Positions 23,954 to 28,856 of a stretch of 28,856 nt of DNA are shown here, piece by piece. The DNA is taken from NCBI GenBank assembly GCA_965369185.1, contig CBDUPU010000001.1:1-28856 (forward strand). The letters are read 5' to 3'. Made by a program: the position numbers and the translations under genes. Source of the DNA: an uncultured Rhodospirillales bacterium. Its GTDB lineage: Bacteria; Pseudomonadota; Alphaproteobacteria; Micavibrionales; Micavibrionaceae. The notes under the pieces were generated by a model that ran no database searches, had not been told where the DNA came from, and was given only the letters and a program-made list of their open reading frames with translations. Position 1 is the first letter of the stretch. Each line of letters begins with the position of its first letter.

Positions 23954-25219
23954 CTATTGAACCTCATCCGTCACTGGCGTGACAAATAGCAGCCCCATCG
24001 GCGTGCCGGCACCGACACGAATCATCGGCTCCGTATTGCTGGCTTTTTCATCGAGAATCTCGCTAATCGTTTCCGCGCTCTTCTCAATCCCTTTGAAGAT
24101 CTCCTGATTGGTATCAAGATCCTGCGTGTCCTGAACCGCCGCACCCTGATCAACAACAACAGTCGTCGAGCCGGATTCGGCAATCGCAGCACCCATCCCT
24201 TCAACAAAAGAAGCTGCCGCCGGCAAAATAACGCGGGTAAAGTAACGATGATCAATCTCTGTCACCATACCAATGCTCGTCGTTTCCGGATTCAGGGCTA
24301 CAGCCTCTGTCGGGTGGACAATCCCGTCAATTACGATGGAATTGAAATTAAGCACCAGATACTCTTCTTCCACTTCAAAAGTACCCAGCAAACGGCTACC
24401 GGCAAAAGGCCCGCTGACCAGCTGTGCCAAAATCGGCCCTTCCGCATCAGAGTTCGCCTCGGTAATCAGCTGCGCATAGGCAATCGTACCGGCGGGAATG
24501 AGAACGTTTACAATCTCTCCATCGCCAGTAACACCGTCAGCTCCGGCCTGCCGCCGCCGCTCGGCTTCAGCCTCACGCTCTTTGCGCTCTTCCCTGCGCT
24601 GCTGCTCGATAAAGTCCGGATCGGTAATATTCATACTGATCGCCTCAATCGGCATTTTACTCTCCAGAATACCTTCCATCTGGCCCGCCATTGCGTTGGC
24701 AAGAGCGTCAATCGCATCAGCATACGGATCCGCAGCCTGAACGGCAGAGCGCTGCTGGCTTACCTGACGCTGGCGTTCTTCCTGAATACGGCGCCAGCGC
24801 TCCAGAGGATCTTCTGCGCCGGTTTTCTCTTCCGGCAGCACCAGACGTTGCACCGGCGTATCAACAGGGGTCGGCATCGCACTGCCGCCGCCACGAACAG
24901 CTTCTTGCGTACGCTGCTCGTTACTCTCGACAATAGCATCCCTCATTGCCTGAGAAATCTCATCGCCGGGCGCTGCGCTAACATCACGCCCAGGCCGCAC
25001 AACAGACTGAAGCGTAGGATCCTGCTTGCCGCCGAACAGTATAATAGCACCAATTACAGTGACCAGACCGCCGGCAATAACCCCGATCTTGACCAGCGGG
25101 TTATTACGCCACATATCACCGAGCGACGTGCCGCCGCCTTCAAAATCCTCGAAACCGCCTTCATTACCATCATCATCAAAGTCGATGTGATCATCCTGAA
25201 AATCGTCGTTATTGCTCAT
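23954..25219 (-). CDS. icmE: IcmE/DotG (VirB10/TrbI/TraO-like), short form
   Basis: TM LVKIGVIAGGLVTVIGAIILF; C-terminal IPAGTIAYAQLITEANSD..GPILAQL..GPFAGSRLLG, IDHRYFTR, IRVGAGTPMGLLF. Confidence 0.88.
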   Translation of the reverse strand: MSNNDDFQDDHIDFDDDGNEGGFEDFEGGGTSLGDMWRNNPLVKIGVIAGGLVTVIGAIILFGGKQDPTLQSVVRPGRDVSAAPGDEISQAMRDAIVESNEQRTQEAVRGGGSAMPTPVDTPVQRLVLPEEKTGAEDPLERWRRIQEERQRQVSQQRSAVQAADPYADAIDALANAMAGQMEGILESKMPIEAISMNITDPDFIEQQRREERKEREAEAERRRQAGADGVTGDGEIVNVLIPAGTIAYAQLITEANSDAEGPILAQLVSGPFAGSRLLGTFEVEEEYLVLNFNSIVIDGIVHPTEAVALNPETTSIGMVTEIDHRYFTRVILPAAASFVEGMGAAIAESGSTTVVVDQGAAVQDTQDLDTNQEIFKGIEKSAETISEILDEKASNTEPMIRVGAGTPMGLLFVTPVTDEVQ

Positions 25220-26270
25220 CTAAAGCATCCTTTTCGCTCAGACCGGCGCGCACAACCTGCCCCCGATCAGACAGCAACAAGACCGGAGAGTTAGCGATCG
25301 CATATACATTCATCCCATCTGCGGAAGACACAGAGCCGGACCAGCCGGGCGACAACAAAGTCAACGGCGTCCGCACATAAGTAACGCCCTGCAATTTATA
25401 GGCACTTGTCCGGCCATCCACTCCCGTAACACTCAGCTTTTCCGAACCGGTCGGCGGAACCCCGTCAAGAATAGAACCAAGAATAGAGTTTCCGGCAACA
25501 AGGGTGAGACCGCCATCGATAAGCGGCGTTTCCGCATAAGGGCCGTATTCAGGAATGCGTGCATCAAATCGGTAATGCACAGAATCGCGAGACGTCTTCA
25601 AAGTAAACGTTACCGGAGTCTTCAGCTCATTAAGCCGCAGCGAAATGTTGCCATAGCCAAACTCGGACATACCGGTAATGCGAATAACATGACCACCGGC
25701 CTCAGGCGGAATCACCTCGAAATTACCGGCAAAGGTCAAATCCTGAACCGGCCAGGGAGCACCCGTAACGTCAAGAACCGTCAAGGTTGTTACATGACCG
25801 ACACCGACTTTTATTACCGGCGGCCTGGTGCCCGGATCAAGCGAAACGGTCTGAACAACCACTTCCGGCTCCGGATAAGGATAAATCGGCACTTCCACGG
25901 CCTGCTGCGTTTCATCAAAACGCTCGAGCAGCTTCCTGATTTCATCAGGATTCATTGGCAAAAGACCGGTCAATGCGGCATTGAATGCCTGCTGCCGAAT
26001 CATTTTTTCAATCTCTTCCGGACTGCGCGGACGCTCTTCTTCCTGAATCGCGAAAGGATCAATCACCTCATCCTTTGCGGTCGGCAAAGACATTCCGGGC
26101 GCACGCGGCGGGCGCGTCCTTTCTTCCGGCAGCGCAGACTGGGGCGCAGCGCCCTCTGAGCGCGACAAAGCCCCTTGCGGCAACTGCGCAAAAGCGCCCG
26201 GCATAGACACAAACATTGTCGCGCAAGCACACGACATCAAAATCATTTTTTTGGATAACCTGCGGATCAT
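25209..26270 (-). CDS. icmK: IcmK/DotH (TraN-like) outer-membrane core-complex protein
   Basis: Signal peptide, LLPMNPDEIR, VSLDPGTRPPVIKV..GHVTTL..LDVTGAPWP, DGRTSAY, YVRTPLTLLSPGW, SSADGMNVY; overlaps the icmE start by 11 bp. Confidence 0.9.
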   Translation of the reverse strand: MIRRLSKKMILMSCACATMFVSMPGAFAQLPQGALSRSEGAAPQSALPEERTRPPRAPGMSLPTAKDEVIDPFAIQEEERPRSPEEIEKMIRQQAFNAALTGLLPMNPDEIRKLLERFDETQQAVEVPIYPYPEPEVVVQTVSLDPGTRPPVIKVGVGHVTTLTVLDVTGAPWPVQDLTFAGNFEVIPPEAGGHVIRITGMSEFGYGNISLRLNELKTPVTFTLKTSRDSVHYRFDARIPEYGPYAETPLIDGGLTLVAGNSILGSILDGVPPTGSEKLSVTGVDGRTSAYKLQGVTYVRTPLTLLSPGWSGSVSSADGMNVYAIANSPVLLLSDRGQVVRAGLSEKDALDEQ

Positions 26271-26409
26271 CCACCTAACCCCGTTTTCAAAAATACCCCC
26301 AATGCGGACGGCAAAATTCCGTCCCTCAACAGAATATATTCACATGAACCAACTGTCACCCCGCCCACCTAAAAAGATGCACAATTAATATACAATCTTC
26401 CCAAGCGGC

Positions 26410-27177
26410 CTAGCCCGGCACGGCGACCCACTGCTCGATACCAACACCGTTCGGGCTTTCCAGCCTGGAAACACGAACAACAACAATGGTGATCATCAGG
26501 TCATCAGAACGCTTCAACGAACCAGACTGATAAGTCAAAATCATGGGCAACTGGACAATCCACTGATAGCGCCCCTGTACAACACCCTCACGCTCCAGCA
26601 CAGGCGCGCCGCGCGGCGCAGCCGTGACGACTTGCTGATTCGCCTCGACCATCTCAATAATACGCGAGGCCTGAAGCGCCTTGGTAAAGCTCTCCCAGCC
26701 ACGACGCGTAAAGTTGCGGGAAGCTTCCTGCAAGCGGCGACGATAATCATTAAAGCCAAAAGTCATCACTTCTGTCGAAGCCTGCGCCACCCACGACATC
26801 AGGGCCGGTGTACTCAGATTCGGCTCATTCAGGGCGACCATCGGAATCAAACGGCCATCCTCGGTCGTGGCGAAATAGCGGTTTTCCGGTTGATGCACAT
26901 GAACAACAAAGAGCATCGCGCCAATAAGGCCGATAATCACCAGCGTCTGCAGCAGGGCAAGCTTGAGAATTGTCCGGTAGCCATCGCGATAAAACTCGTT
27001 TCGCACGACAACAGCGCCAAGCGTCCCGATGTTCTGCGCGTTAGGCGCCGCCTTTCCGGATGAAGCCGCCGGAGAGTCCGGTCGCTGGCCAGCCCCTTTG
27101 GCGGGCTTGAATTTTCTGGGGTTGGCTTTGCCGCCAACCGCTTGAGGTGCCTTTTTTGCAGGATTATCGTCAGCCAT
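26410..27177 (-). CDS. icmL: IcmL/DotI (VirB8/TraM-like)
   Basis: RNEFYRDGYR, TM, YFATTEDGRLIPM..L.EP, WVAQA...TFGFNDYRRRLQ...FT..GW..F..AL, WIVQLP, GVGIEQW. Confidence 0.93.
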   Translation of the reverse strand: MADDNPAKKAPQAVGGKANPRKFKPAKGAGQRPDSPAASSGKAAPNAQNIGTLGAVVVRNEFYRDGYRTILKLALLQTLVIIGLIGAMLFVVHVHQPENRYFATTEDGRLIPMVALNEPNLSTPALMSWVAQASTEVMTFGFNDYRRRLQEASRNFTRRGWESFTKALQASRIIEMVEANQQVVTAAPRGAPVLEREGVVQGRYQWIVQLPMILTYQSGSLKRSDDLMITIVVVRVSRLESPNGVGIEQWVAVPG

Positions 27178-27412
27178 GGATATCGAAATTCAAGAGATAA
27201 GGAAATGTTACATTTAAGAATAACCAACAATGAGTATGAAGACCAAACCAAAATATCTCAAGCCCTTTATAAAAATACAGAAACAATTCTTTCGATGCGG
27301 GGCAAATTGCCGCACTATTACAGCTTCGTTTTTTGTGCACTCTGCGGAAGAGTGTGTTAAAATATTATAAGTTTAAGTCTAAACTGCGGGCAGTTGCGGG
27401 GTTTTTATAAGG

Positions 27413-28744
27413 ATGAAAGATCTTGCCATCACGGCACGGCGGATTTTTTTCGGGCAATCGCGAAAAATTTTGCTGACTTTCCTGTGTCTGGTTCTGGTCA
27501 CAGGCTTTTCTCTCACCCTTTCACAAAGGGCGTGGGCTTGCGCGCCCTGTAGCTGTGTTTCCGTTAATCACGCCATAACCCGCGGCGTTGTTCTGAGCGA
27601 ACATTTGTTGACCCAGGAGCATATTCGCATTCAGTTCGAACGGCACCGCGAAGAATTCTTTGTCTATTACTTCTTTAAAGAGCATGTTCTGGCCGCAATG
27701 ATGATGATGACCGAACAGCTGGTTGGCAATGCCATGAACCAGATGTTCATTGTCGGCGCTTTTTTCGATGCCAAGGAGCAACTTGAAACCCAGCAGCTTT
27801 TTCAACAGCTCGCTGCCGAGGCGCATAAGAATTATCAGCCCAGCGTCGGGATGTGCGAAATCGGCACCCTTTCCCGCAGCCTTGCCGCATCCCAGCGCCA
27901 CGGCGAGTTTAACGGCTATTTCCTGAGCCAGTACATGCAGGACCGCCAGATGCGCACCCTGCCGACTTCTGCCGCTGCAGGACGCGCACTGGAGGTCAAT
28001 AGCCGCTGGCTGCAGTGGAAAGAGACGTTTTGTAACCCGCATGATAATGACGGCTGGCTCGGGCCGCGTAGCTCCGACCCTATATGTACGGGCACCCCCG
28101 TGCTTTACCGCAACGCCGATGTTGATTTTACGACAACGATTGGCCACCCGACCACCGTCAATGTCGACTTCTCGGAGCCGGGCACGAATCAGGCCAACGA
28201 AGCGGTCTTTGGCCTTACCGGCAATCTTTACGGCAACGATGTTTTCGCCTATTTCCCCGAAGCCTTTTTCAAAAACGAGGAAAATGAAGACGAATATATG
28301 TATGTCCGTTCGATCGTTGCCAAACGCAGCGTCGCGCAAAATTCGTTCAATGCGCTGGTTGCCCTGAAGTCACGGGGTAAAATCGAAACGGAAGAGCTGG
28401 CTCCTTACATGCAGCGGCTAATGGAACAGCTTGGTTTGCCTGCCACAGAAGCCCAGCAATATTTTGCAACCACGCGGCCGAGCTATTATGCCGAGATGGA
28501 GCTTTTGACCAAAAAGCTTTACCAGCGCCCGGAATTTTATACCAACCTTTACGACAAGCCTATCAATGTCGAGCGCAAACGTGCGGCAATGCAGGCCATC
28601 GGTCTGATGCAGAATATGGACTTATATAAAAGCAAACTCCGCACCGAGGCTTCGCTGGCCGTATTGACGGAACTGGAGATATTCAAGCAACAAGAAGAAG
28701 TACAAAACCGCATTGGCGGGGCAAGGGATACGGGGCTGAAATAA
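27413..28744 (+). CDS. Exported Cys-containing hypothetical protein, possibly IcmX/TraW-like
   Basis: Signal peptide ending RAWA|CAPCSC, mostly helical composition, 443 aa, divergent from icmL. The family assignment is an inference. Confidence 0.75.
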   Translation: MKDLAITARRIFFGQSRKILLTFLCLVLVTGFSLTLSQRAWACAPCSCVSVNHAITRGVVLSEHLLTQEHIRIQFERHREEFFVYYFFKEHVLAAMMMMTEQLVGNAMNQMFIVGAFFDAKEQLETQQLFQQLAAEAHKNYQPSVGMCEIGTLSRSLAASQRHGEFNGYFLSQYMQDRQMRTLPTSAAAGRALEVNSRWLQWKETFCNPHDNDGWLGPRSSDPICTGTPVLYRNADVDFTTTIGHPTTVNVDFSEPGTNQANEAVFGLTGNLYGNDVFAYFPEAFFKNEENEDEYMYVRSIVAKRSVAQNSFNALVALKSRGKIETEELAPYMQRLMEQLGLPATEAQQYFATTRPSYYAEMELLTKKLYQRPEFYTNLYDKPINVERKRAAMQAIGLMQNMDLYKSKLRTEASLAVLTELEIFKQQEEVQNRIGGARDTGLK

Positions 28745-28745
28745 T

Positions 28746-28856
28746 ATGATGCAGCGAAAAAATACAGGCAGGGCGAAAAAGGGGCTGTTGGCGGCCGCTT
28801 TCTGCATGTTTTTTGCCGTGACTTTCGCGCCGAGTGCGGCCCGTGCCTGCGATCCA
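28746..28856 (+). CDS. Exported protein (partial, runs off window end)
   Basis: ATG 1 bp after the previous stop gives MMQRKNTGRAKKGLLAAAFCMFFAVTFAPSAARA|CDP..., a signal peptide with Cys at mature +1. Confidence 0.65.
   Translation, partial: MMQRKNTGRAKKGLLAAAFCMFFAVTFAPSAARACDP

Noticed and set aside
26306-26324. Hairpin GGACGG-N7-CCGTCC between icmL and icmK
   Set aside because: Short 6-bp stem without an adjacent U tract; too weak to call a terminator.

Overview
Chromosomal window from an alphaproteobacterium. The gene content suggests a Micavibrio-like lineage; this is inferred, not proven. The left half is housekeeping: truA, fmt, def, rmuC, engB, yidC, yidD, rnpA, rpmH and a UbiH/UbiL-family hydroxylase. 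Interspersed accessory genes are a membrane-anchor-less FtsH paralog inserted between fmt and truA, an orphan PilX-like pilin, an outer-membrane beta-barrel, a DP-repeat protein and two tandem 2H phosphoesterases. The right half (16630-27177, minus strand) is a Dot/Icm type IVB secretion gene block in Legionella/Coxiella order: icmL-K-E-G-C-D-D-J-B. It has a near-identical tandem icmD duplication, an IcmD-IcmC fusion-like three-repeat protein, a short repeat-less IcmE/DotG, and an exact 15-bp OmpR/CtrA-like motif in front of both icmD and icmJ. A divergently transcribed exported, Cys-containing protein (possibly IcmX/TraW-like) and the start of a similar gene close the window. No rRNA, tRNA, CRISPR array, transposase, integrase or relaxase was recognised. 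All product calls come from motif recognition and synteny, not from database searches.
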